This document shows, in pieces, positions 25,590 to 35,800 of a stretch of 64,000 nt of DNA. Below the pieces are notes generated by a model. The model made no database searches, was not told where the DNA came from, and was given only the letters and a program-made list of their open reading frames with translations. The position numbers were made by a program, and so were the translations under genes. The stretch is from Schmidtea polychroa (Eukaryota), in contig CM097885.1 in the NCBI GenBank assembly GCA_044892525.1, positions 29,202,001-29,266,000 of the forward strand, given 5' to 3'. Every line of letters begins with the position of its first letter. Position 1 is the first letter of the stretch.

Positions 25590-26645
25590 TCATACGAAGG
25601 TTTCCTCCTGGCCTACATAACCTTCATCACTATCGACCGCGGAATGTAACTGTATCGCAATAGGGTCGTATGGTAGGTAATATTGGGGAATTTGAGCTCT
25701 CAATTCACTAACTTCGTCTCTTAGAGCTCGAGTGATATTCAATTCCTCGTCGAGCAGATAGGTGAGATACCTTGTCTCTTCATCTTGCGCCTCTATCTGT
25801 TTGTCTAGGGCCTTGATTTTCTCGTCGCCCTTCCATTTTTCAATTTCTATTTCTAAGTTTTTAATATTTTCGGTGTACATTTTCCTTTCGTTTTCTAATT
25901 TTCTGTTTTTTCCTGCTAGGACCATGTTTCTTTGTTCCAGCGATCCTTGTAATCCATTAAGGTCTCTTTTCATCTCTTCTACCTGATTTACTAATTCCAC
26001 AACCCGTCCCGCTTGTTGGGTTATCATCTCTTCCATTGCGGCGTTCTCGTGCTCTCTTATGTCGCACTTCATTGCCAAATGTCGCTCAAACTCCATAGCC
26101 TTTGTTTGCCAGGTTTGGCTTCGGGCGGCGACCTTTCTCAACCTTTTCAATTCTTCCTTTATTATTAAATTCTCCTCCCATTTACCTTGTTCGCTTTCAT
26201 ATCCGAGTCTCATGGGCAATTCTTTCATCTCTTTTTTCATTTCTCTGTTTTGTCTTTTCCATTTCCTCGCTTCTGCCACTAAGTGCATCATTTTCCTGTC
26301 TTCTATTTGTTTTTCCGCTTCGCGCTTGGTGTTCTCATCGGTAAGTCTCTTTCTCGCTTCCTGCACTAGCTGCTTTAAGTAGTGGCTGTGTGCTTCTTGG
26401 CGGGTATTTTCTAGTGACGCCCATTTTGATGCTCTTTTGCATGCTTCTGCTTCCGCTCTTAAGTTGTGTATTAACCATTGGTATTGACTATTCTCATCTT
26501 CTCTAGTTTCTTCGATGTGATTTCGGGTGAGATTAGTTAGTTGGAACATTACTTTGTTCCATTTTTTGTTATGTTCTCGGGGAATTTGTGTCTTGTTGAC
26601 ATTGGTTGGGGCTATCGCAGTTTCGGTTATTTTCTCTTTTGTCAT
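25590..26645 (-). CDS. Accessory coiled-coil protein (351 aa)
   Basis: Long open frame, predominantly heptad and charged, with the same codon bias as the element. Confidence 0.8.
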   Translation of the reverse strand: MTKEKITETAIAPTNVNKTQIPREHNKKWNKVMFQLTNLTRNHIEETREDENSQYQWLIHNLRAEAEACKRASKWASLENTRQEAHSHYLKQLVQEARKRLTDENTKREAEKQIEDRKMMHLVAEARKWKRQNREMKKEMKELPMRLGYESEQGKWEENLIIKEELKRLRKVAARSQTWQTKAMEFERHLAMKCDIREHENAAMEEMITQQAGRVVELVNQVEEMKRDLNGLQGSLEQRNMVLAGKNRKLENERKMYTENIKNLEIEIEKWKGDEKIKALDKQIEAQDEETRYLTYLLDEELNITRALRDEVSELRAQIPQYYLPYDPIAIQLHSAVDSDEGYVGQEETFV

Positions 26646-26838
26646 CTCTAAATCATAGACATCGATTAATCTTTTTATTATGAAAAAGGAATTTATTCAT
26701 TATTTACTGTTTCTTGGGAAATTTTCGCATCATTTTTGGGTTTTCGTATTTATGGTTTTCATACTATTATTATATAATATTTTATTGGTTATATACACCG
26801 ATATATACAGATTATTATATACAACATTATTCGATTGG

Positions 26839-28227
26839 TTATTCCGTTCTACCCTTCTCCTCTTTCCTCACGGTCATCTTGATATATATGGTATCATTTC
26901 TCGCCATATCTTCCACTCTTTGTTGTGAGATGAACGTGGGTGCTCCTGTTGCTGATCCTTCTTCGTTGAGGGGCCTCTGGTAAGCTATTTGATTCCCCGT
27001 TGTTTTGAAGCTTTGCTCATGTATACTTTGGTTGTTCATCAGAGTAATATCGATTTTTGCCTGGAACGGCCATTCTAATATTTCGTCGTATTCTCCTTTA
27101 CATAACAGAAAGAAAATCGAAAAGTGCGTGTTTAATCCGGTTCCGTCCCCGTTGGGATATATCTTCATTTTCATTTTGTACCCATTTTTCCAAGAGTGGA
27201 ATGTAGGACTTGTTATTCTTGTCTCTTCTCCGGTTTTTGCTTTTCGTATTCTTTCTTTTACTCCCGTTATTTTCCATATGTAGGGTGCTGTTGGGGTTAT
27301 CTCATTTAGATTTATTTCCCGTATTTTCTGATGTAGCTCCTTGGCCTGATTATTACTGATTTCTGTTCGGTTTATTTGCATCTTTATGTTTGCTCGGGCT
27401 TCTTCGAACGCTTCCCTTTCTTCTAGTAGTTCTTTGACTAACACTTTCAACGATGTTATCTCTATCTCCATTTGTTTTACTTTCTCTTCGCTTTCTTGTA
27501 GCGCAGTCGACCACATTTCTGCGTGAGTTGAAGCATTTTCTACTAAATGATGTGGTAACTCACCTCGGTGTAGTAGTTTCTGACAACCCCATCTACCTAG
27601 TACACATGTCATTCTTTTCTTTGCGCATTCCCTTAGATGCTGTGCCACCTTCATTATTTCCCCTTGGTTACATCCGTTTGGGCATTCCCCACTGAACTCT
27701 GCACATACTCTCTCCTCTTGGACATTGTGATGTTTGAGGGTGAGATTTATCCACGTATCTATTTCTCCACAGTGTTCACATCTTTCCAATCTCTCTTCAC
27801 ACTGCCTTTGATGCTCTTTTTCTTCGCTTGCTCGAATGGTTTTATGGCACCTTTCACACTGGCCAATTCTGTACATACATTCTCCCATATGTTGTACTAC
27901 CTTCCATATTACTCCTTTCCATTCGCATGGGGCATTTTTGCATCCCAGGTTGGTGTTTAACATGTCTTTCACTGCGGCTTTATCCTCGTTAGTGTCTTCT
28001 AAACTCGATATTAGTGTCTCTTTACACACCGGGCACCTCTGTGGTCTATTCTTTATTGCTTCACTGATACATTCTTTACATACTCTGCATCCACATTGCG
28101 TTTGGTGAGGTTCCTTTAACAACTTTTCACATATTCCGCACATAACATGTTTGTGTATTCTGATCGTTGTAGATTTTCGGACTTGCTCGACAATCTCTCT
28201 GAACTCTTCTCTTTGTCGTTTATCCAT
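26839..28227 (-). CDS. Intronless TRAF (TNF receptor-associated factor) homologue: RING, TRAF zinc fingers, coiled coil, MATH domain
   Basis: RING CGICEKLLKEPHQTQCGCRVCKECI...CPVC, followed by repeated CxxC..H..C fingers. The MATH domain contains YIWKI, GYKMKMKIYPNGDG and GEYDEILEWPF. Confidence 0.95.
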   Translation of the reverse strand: MDKRQREEFREIVEQVRKSTTIRIHKHVMCGICEKLLKEPHQTQCGCRVCKECISEAIKNRPQRCPVCKETLISSLEDTNEDKAAVKDMLNTNLGCKNAPCEWKGVIWKVVQHMGECMYRIGQCERCHKTIRASEEKEHQRQCEERLERCEHCGEIDTWINLTLKHHNVQEERVCAEFSGECPNGCNQGEIMKVAQHLRECAKKRMTCVLGRWGCQKLLHRGELPHHLVENASTHAEMWSTALQESEEKVKQMEIEITSLKVLVKELLEEREAFEEARANIKMQINRTEISNNQAKELHQKIREINLNEITPTAPYIWKITGVKERIRKAKTGEETRITSPTFHSWKNGYKMKMKIYPNGDGTGLNTHFSIFFLLCKGEYDEILEWPFQAKIDITLMNNQSIHEQSFKTTGNQIAYQRPLNEEGSATGAPTFISQQRVEDMARNDTIYIKMTVRKEEKGRTE

Positions 28228-28312
28228 TCTATAATTATATGTACAAATAGTTCTTATCGATACAGGTTCGATATTTTATTTACAATTATTTACATTTTAA
28301 GCTAGGTTTGGT

Positions 28313-28672
28313 TTAGGGTTCGGAAGAGTCGGCTTCGTGCCCACTCTCCTCTCTATTCATTAGCCATTCCGACCAGTCTTCTATTTCTGTCTGTTCTGCT
28401 TCCTCCCTCATTCGGTCTATTTCAATTTCCTGTCGACGGCTATATTGGGTTATCCTCTCTATCTCTCTTTGCATTTGTTCGATTTTTAACCTCTGGTCTT
28501 CAATTATCTTCAAATAACTAAATCCTCTGTTCATACTCTCGATCAGGTTTCTGTGCATCGTCAGTCCTTGTTCTTGCAAATTGGACACTAATTGTGCTAA
28601 TACGGCACATTGTTGCTTCCATAATTCTTCAGTTACTGTATTGTGGTTCATTTCGTTATTTCCTTGATCCAT
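28313..28672 (-). CDS. Small accessory coiled-coil protein (about 119 aa from MDQGNN)
   Basis: Open frame immediately downstream of the polyprotein, with a TAG 2 nt before the ATG at 28672. The track start at 28696 is a TTG. Confidence 0.65.
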   Translation of the reverse strand: MDQGNNEMNHNTVTEELWKQQCAVLAQLVSNLQEQGLTMHRNLIESMNRGFSYLKIIEDQRLKIEQMQREIERITQYSRRQEIEIDRMREEAEQTEIEDWSEWLMNREESGHEADSSEP

Positions 28673-28832
28673 TCCTAATTTATATACACTTTTCAACTCT
28701 TATGTAAATTTAATTTTATTTTATGCTTCCCGTTATTGTATAATATTGATACCGCGCTTATATAGAGATATAGTACTGTTATATACATAAGATATACTTA
28801 CTTTTTACAATTATATACAGTCATATTCCTTT

Positions 28833-29837
28833 CTATATGCGTGAGTTTGGAGGGCGCTGAACGTTCCAGGCCTCCACCCACTGTCCTTGTTTGATATCAC
28901 TTGGTCGTTTCACTCGATGTTGGAAGTTTCTGATTCGGGTCATTTCTAGTTCTCCGCGATGTCGTTTATCTTTAATTATTTTTATTGTTCCCCCCGTTAT
29001 GATTAGGAATGCCCCTGTTATTATTATCCCACTGATCCACATCATCTGCTTCACGCTTATACTCTCTGGTTTTTCCTTGTTTGTTAATGTTGATATCGCT
29101 TCTGTACTTTTCTCGTTTCCTCTTTTGCCATTTCCTTTCATCATTTCCCGTATTCTTGCTATTTCCTCGTTCATACCCTCCTTTGCCATCTTTTGTATTT
29201 TTTCCATCTCTTCCTCCGAAACATAGTTGTCCTGAGCTTCCTCACCAGTTTTCTTGTGCTTTCCTCCTTCGTTCTTTTCGTCGTGGTTTTTTCTTTTCTT
29301 TCCTCTTTTCCCCGGGTATCGTCGGCATTCTCTTTTTGATTCATTCCTCCAGATACAAACCGTGTATTCTTTCGGCGGCTGCTGCTGCGTCACATATTGA
29401 TGGCATCTCTCACCTGGTCCTAATCTTGAAATACAGACTTTGTGCTCTTTTCTAGGTTGGATCTGCGTTATTACTACTTCACCACCTTTTCCTAGGTGTA
29501 CCTCTTTTCCTTTGACGTTCGTTATTCTCTTCCCGTCTCGATTTCGGTATGCTTCTTGTATTCTTACTTCTGTTATTGGTTCTGTGTCCTCATTTATCAG
29601 TACTAGTTTCTGATACGCTCTAGACATGCATCTTCCTAGTATGCACCTTTCCTTTAAGTCCCATTCTTCCTTTAAATCCCACTGCTGCTCTTGTGCTTGC
29701 TTTCTCTTTTCTTGTTTTAGTTCATCCTCTTTGCTATCTTGATTCTCCGCTTCTTTGGTTTCTTTTATCGTTCTCGTCCCTCCCTGAGCTGTTACTAACT
29801 CTATCATGGTAAGCATAATTATCATTAATATCATATT
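28833..29837 (-). other. Polyprotein domain: C-terminal type I membrane protein (internal signal peptide 29787-29837, TM about 28978-29046)
   Basis: MILMIIMLTMIELVTA|QGG is signal-peptide-like and MMWISGIIITGAFLIITGGTIKII is TM-like. The intervening region has two similar Cys motifs. Confidence 0.65.
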
Positions 29838-32800
29838 TGTCTCTATTTCTTTGTTAGTGAAAGGTAGGCATACCCTCTGTTTTCCATTATTCGATTTTTC
29901 CTCCTCTTTGGTCTTGGTTCTCGGGCTGTTTCCTTCTCTTTTCGTATCCGAATCCTTGTTTTCTGGTTTACCCTCCTCCGGTTCTCTTTTCTCTTTATCC
30001 TCCTTTCGGTCTTTTCCGTTATTGTCATCGTGTTTATCTCCCTCGCTGTCATTTAAAATGTCGTCCTCGACATTTATATCGTTCAATAATCTGCGATATG
30101 CTGTTAGCACTCTGTTTCTTGCTAATTTTGCTTCGAATTCAAACTCTTTTCTACCCGTTGCAGCATGTCTCTTTCTATTCCATTCTTTAACTAACTCTCT
30201 CAATTGCATACGACGATGTTTCCCAATTCGTTGTTGCTCGTTCTGATTTTGCGTGAATTTTAGGTCTTCTCTATTTAATACTATTAAAATAATTTTAGGC
30301 GTCCCCCCCTTAGTTAGGGTATTCTTTACCATCGCATTTTCTCCGTTTTCGTAGAATTCGTTTACATTTATCGCATATTTATTATTTGGTGGTACTCTCC
30401 AGGTTAATAATAATTTCATTGCTTCTAGATTTTTCCGTACCGTATTCCATTGAAACTGAGATGTGTTTTTGCACATATTTTCGACTTCTTCTTTTGTCGC
30501 ATTTTTGCAAATAAATCTGATCATTTCTAAGTTTGGCTGTATGGTTGCCCAGTCCAAGGTGGAATTTCCTTCATTGGACTTTTCGTCTAGTTTCGATCCT
30601 GATTGATGTAGGATGTGGAGTGTTTTTGGGTGTATTTTCGTTATAGCTGCATACATCATGGCGGTTTCACCTTGTTCATTTTTCGTGTTGGTTTCCTCGC
30701 CCATCTCTCCAAGGATTCTCACGATCGTTATTGCTCTATTTTCTTTCGCTGCTAGTATTGCTTGTTGTAGGGGTGTTCTGGAATCCTTCGTTACCATCGT
30801 AAATGCTCGAGGCAAGAAGGTTTTGATTTTCCCGATATCTAAACCCGTGGTTTGATCTCTTGCGTATGTGTGTACGGCTTTTATTATTTTGGACAATATT
30901 ATTTCGTCTGGCAGCTCTAGCATTTCCTCAAAGAACACTTCTTTTGCCTTGCGTATTATTGCCTCTTGATCTATACTCATTGATTTGGTTTCGATGACGT
31001 TGTTTGTGACCGTTTGGTTCGTTGTTGACTTTGATTCCCTGGATTTCTCATACCTTATTTTCGTTTTCTTTCCGTTTGGATTATTGATTCGTTCCTCTGC
31101 TGTAAGTATTTGGATAATATCCAGGTAATTCTCGCGGATGTTATTCATTGTGTCCATCATATATAACACACTTACCGTTTCCCAATATTTATTCCGTACT
31201 TGGTTAGTAAATTGGAATAGTGATTTTTCGAATGTGTCGATTCGCTTTTTTGTTAACTGTTCGTCTTTGTGATTTGTGAATTTTATCCCTCGTTCTAGTA
31301 ATTGATTCGGGATTTCGAATAAATGATGTCCTTTCATAGCTTCTCTCATCAGCGTGTTCTCTCCTCTCGTGAACGCTTCGTTTACGTTGATCATATAATC
31401 GTTTCGAATTGGATCTCTCCATGTAATTAATATTCCGGTAATTGTCGTCAGTTTTTCTTTGATCGCTGTTAACAATCCATCATACATGTTTCCGACTTCC
31501 CGATTGTCCTCATATGATAGTAGTTCCATCAATGACGTGAACGCCTCGGTACTTCTCCCTTCGATAGCATGGTGTAGAGCGTTTTTCCGCTCGTGGTCTT
31601 GTGTGGTTATTTTCGATCCGGTATCGAGTAATGCGGTTATAATGTCTTTTGTTTTGCCTCTGTTTGCGGCTATCATTAATGGTGTGTAACCTTGGTTGTT
31701 TGTTTGTTCTGTTGATCGCTTGCAGTCGTGAAATGCTTCTATTGTTTCTAGTATTTGCTCGTTGTTACCTACTTTCATGAGTTTGTGTAATGGTGTGTCT
31801 TCGTAATGATCTGTTATTGTAAATAATATTGGCCATTGGCTTTTGACTACTCGCAATAATGGGTGTGTCCTTTCTCTATTTGCATAGTTCTCGATCATCG
31901 TCAATAATCCTCCTAATATTTCGAAATCTAATCGATCTTTTGCCCATCCAGGTATTTTAATTTTTACCTCTTTTACAATCTTTTCCGCTTCTGATGGTTG
32001 GATACCTAATCGTCCAGTGATCGGTTCTGCGAGTTGTTGCATCATGTTCATTCGGTAGGTTTGCGAACGTGTGGTTAATGTACGGCCTTCTGGTTGACTA
32101 GTGGCTGTTTTTGGAATTGATTTGCATCGTGCCACGTTTACGTATATTGGTCTGGTAAAGGGGTTATTTACCAATTTCACTCTTACATTAGTTTCGCCTA
32201 CGAATAAGATCTCATATGGTCCTTTTCCGTTGCGTTGTAACTTTTTTGTGGTTCCTGGAATTAATTCCGGGGTTTCTATCATTACCCAATCACCTGTTTG
32301 GAACGTATGTTGCTTCACGTTTTTCTTTCGATCGTGTAAATCTTTATAACTTTCCTGGTAGAACTTGATATTTAATCCCGCAGTTTCCCAAATTTCTTGC
32401 ATTCTTTCCTTGAATTTCGTAACATAATCATCGATCTCCATATACTGCGATATCGGTGGTTGGTATTCCAGGTCCATTGGCATATTACATTCTCTTCCGT
32501 ACATTAATTTGAATGGGCTCATTTTCGTTGATGCGTGAATCGACATTCTGTACGCCATAAGACATAGGTTTATATATTCGTCCCAATCTCGTTGGTGACG
32601 GTCAACGTAGTTTGATAACATTTGTATAAGTGTTCCATTAAATCTTTCCGTCATCCCATTGGTTTGAGGGTGGTATGGAGATGTTCTTAGTTTTGCTATT
32701 TTGAAGTAATTTGTTACTTCGCTCATTATCTCACTCATAAAATTTGTTCCCTGATCGGTTAAGATTTGTTTTGGTGTTCCATATCGGCAACATATCTCTT

Positions 32801-35800
32801 CTACCAAAATTTTTGCGATTGTTTTAGCTTTTTGGTCTGGCATCGCGAATGCTTCTGGGAATTTCGTAAGAAAGTCTGTGATCACCAGAATGTAAACGTT
32901 TCCTTTATCTGACTCTGGTAGTGGACCAACTACGTCCATGGATATCATTGTCATTGGTTCTATTGGTACTGGCATTGGCGTTAAAGGTGCTTTCCATTTC
33001 GATCCCGTATTCTTCCTGGTTGCACAAGTTAGACAATTTTTTACCCATTCGGTTACATCTTCCGTTAACGTAGGCCAAAAATATTTCTGTTTCATTCTTG
33101 CTAACGTCTTTTTCGATGACATATGTCCTCCCAATCTCCCATCGTGATATTGCGTTAGTAACTCTTTTCGTCGGTTTTCCGGTATACACATTAATCGTTT
33201 TTCCCCATCCATTATCAGCAACCAATCTTTCTCTATAATATATCGGTGTCGGTGTTTATCCATATGTTCTTTTAATTTTTGGTCTTTCGCATATACATCT
33301 GTCTTTCCGGTTTTTACATAATCGATAATTTGTTTTAATTCCGCGTCCTCTTGTTGGTCCTTTCGTAATTGACAGAAATCCAAATCTTCCGCTACTATTA
33401 AGCATATGCGTTGCATTTCTGAATCCACCAAATCTGGGAAAATAAATCTTGACATACAATCGGCGTTGGCATTTGCTCTTCCCGCTTTGAATTTTATAAA
33501 TGGGGAGTATTCTTGCAATTGCATGGCCCATCGCATCAGTCTACTGGACGCTTCTTTATGTTGCCCTAACCACACTAATGGTTGATGATCCGTGGTTATG
33601 CATATCTCATGTCCCCATAGTAAATATCGGAAGTGTTTGATAGCTTGTATTATAGCCAATGCTTCTCGTTCTGTTACCGAATAGTTCTTTTCGTGCTTTT
33701 TGAATGTTCGACTGTAATACCCGATTACTCTCTCTTTTCCCTCATCGTCTAATTGTCCCAGAATCGCGCCTGCCGCGTACCCGCTTGCATCCGTTGCCAA
33801 TAGAAATGGCTTCTTAAAATCTGGGTGTACGAGGATAGGTGCTTCGATTAGTTTATCTCTCAGCGTTTCGAACGCCTGTTGTTGTTCTTTTTCCCAAATG
33901 AACGAAATATCCTTCTTTACTAATTCCTGGATTGGTTTTGCAATTCCTGCATAATTTTTGATAAATTTGCGATAGTATCCGCATAATCCTAGAAATTCCT
34001 GAACTTGGGTGACAGTTTTCGGTGCTGGACATGTTTTTATTTTCTCAATGTTTCTTGGATCTGGCTCCTTTCCTTTAGCTGACACTATGTGTCCTAAAAA
34101 CGTGACTTTTTCCTTTGCCCAATCGCATTTTGATGGTTTGAGTTTGAGTTTCCACTGTCTTAATCTAATAAATACGTTTCGGATATCTTCTAGATGTTGT
34201 TCAAATGTCGCTGAATAGATTAGTAAATCATCAATATATACCATACATTGTTTGATTCCATGGGTGACAAAGTTCATACACCGTTGAAATGATGCTGGTG
34301 CGTTAGTCAGTCCAAATGGCATTTTCCTGAATTGATATAGATCTCGTCCCAACGTGAAAGCTGTTTTCTCTTTGTCCTCATCTTTGACTTTAATCTGCCA
34401 GTATCCACTTTTTAGATCTAAAGAAGTAAAATATGCTGCCCCTTGCAACATCAATAACATCTCATTGATGTCCGGCAATGGATAGGTATCTCTCTTGGTC
34501 ACTGCGTTTAACTTCCGATAATCGATACAGAATCGTTGGGTGCCATCTTTCTTTTTTACCATGACCACTGGGAATTGCCAAGGTGAGCAACTTGGTTCGA
34601 TTACTTTTGCGTCTAGCATCTTTTGTACTTCTGTTTCGGCTATTTCTTTCTGCATTTCTGCTAGCTTGTATGGTCTCAATGCAATTGGGGTTTCGTCTAT
34701 GAGTGGTATTGCATGTAAGGTAACATCACATGTACCCAAGTCTAAATCTGAGATGGCGAATATATCTTTATATTCTACCAACAATCGGTGCAATTTTTTC
34801 TTTTCGTCATTCGTCAACAACATACTATCTATTGTCCATAATTCATCATCTTTGATCATCTCGTTGGTCACTTTCGGTAATTCTATGTCCATCATTGGGG
34901 TCAATCTTCCCAATTTTTCGTTCTCATAAATGATTTTGTCTTCCTCTTCGAAATTCGTGATGTTGAGCGGTATCACTCCTTCTTGGTTTATTGTGATTAT
35001 TTCTCTCGCGAGTGGTAATTCTCGTCGCTTTTCGAATGACTTGCTTGGTTCAAAGATAACTTCTCCTTCCATACCCGTATCCACTTTTATCTGACAAATC
35101 ATCTGCGATTTTGCTGGTACTATTATTTTTTCTGGACATCTGATGACTGCATTCATTTTGCATATTCTACCGGTTTTGTCTTTTAAACACATGGTTGTTA
35201 AGTCAATTACGACTTCCTTTAACAATTCTGGCATCAAATCCGTTCCGATTATGCATGGTACGCTAAGTTTTGGTATTACTGCCAAATACGTTTCAATTTC
35301 GTTGTCCTGGTATCTCAATGTAGTCCACCATCTTCCGACCACGTCCACTGTTTCTTTACTACATGCTATAATGTGAATTGTTGTTGATTCGATATCCTTC
35401 CAGTGTTTACTGGGGATTTGATTAATCGCTATCGCTGATACATTAGCTCCGGTGTCTATCATAGCATTGGTTTCTTTACCATTGATTTGAATCATAACTG
35501 TTACTGCTGGACCTCCAGGTAAACTCATCGCTGCTATTGTTCTTACGTCATCTGCTTGATCTACACTTTTGGTACGTCGTGTTGGCATATAATGCATACC
35601 GGGTTGACTCGGTAATTGCGGATACATATTTTGTGTCATGGTCAAAGCTGTTTGTGGTCCCACGATATCCGGTGGTATATAGCTTCCATTGGCGATCCAG
35701 GTGTTTGTCTTTTCCTTTTCCCAATATGGTGCCGTTTCCATTGGTTTTTCGTTTGGGTTTCTGTTTGGATAAAGACATTTATCGTTCCCGTTATCATCGT

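Noticed and set aside
31950-32110. Chromodomain after integrase
   Set aside because: No aromatic-cage motif is present. A short linker leads into the ankyrin module.
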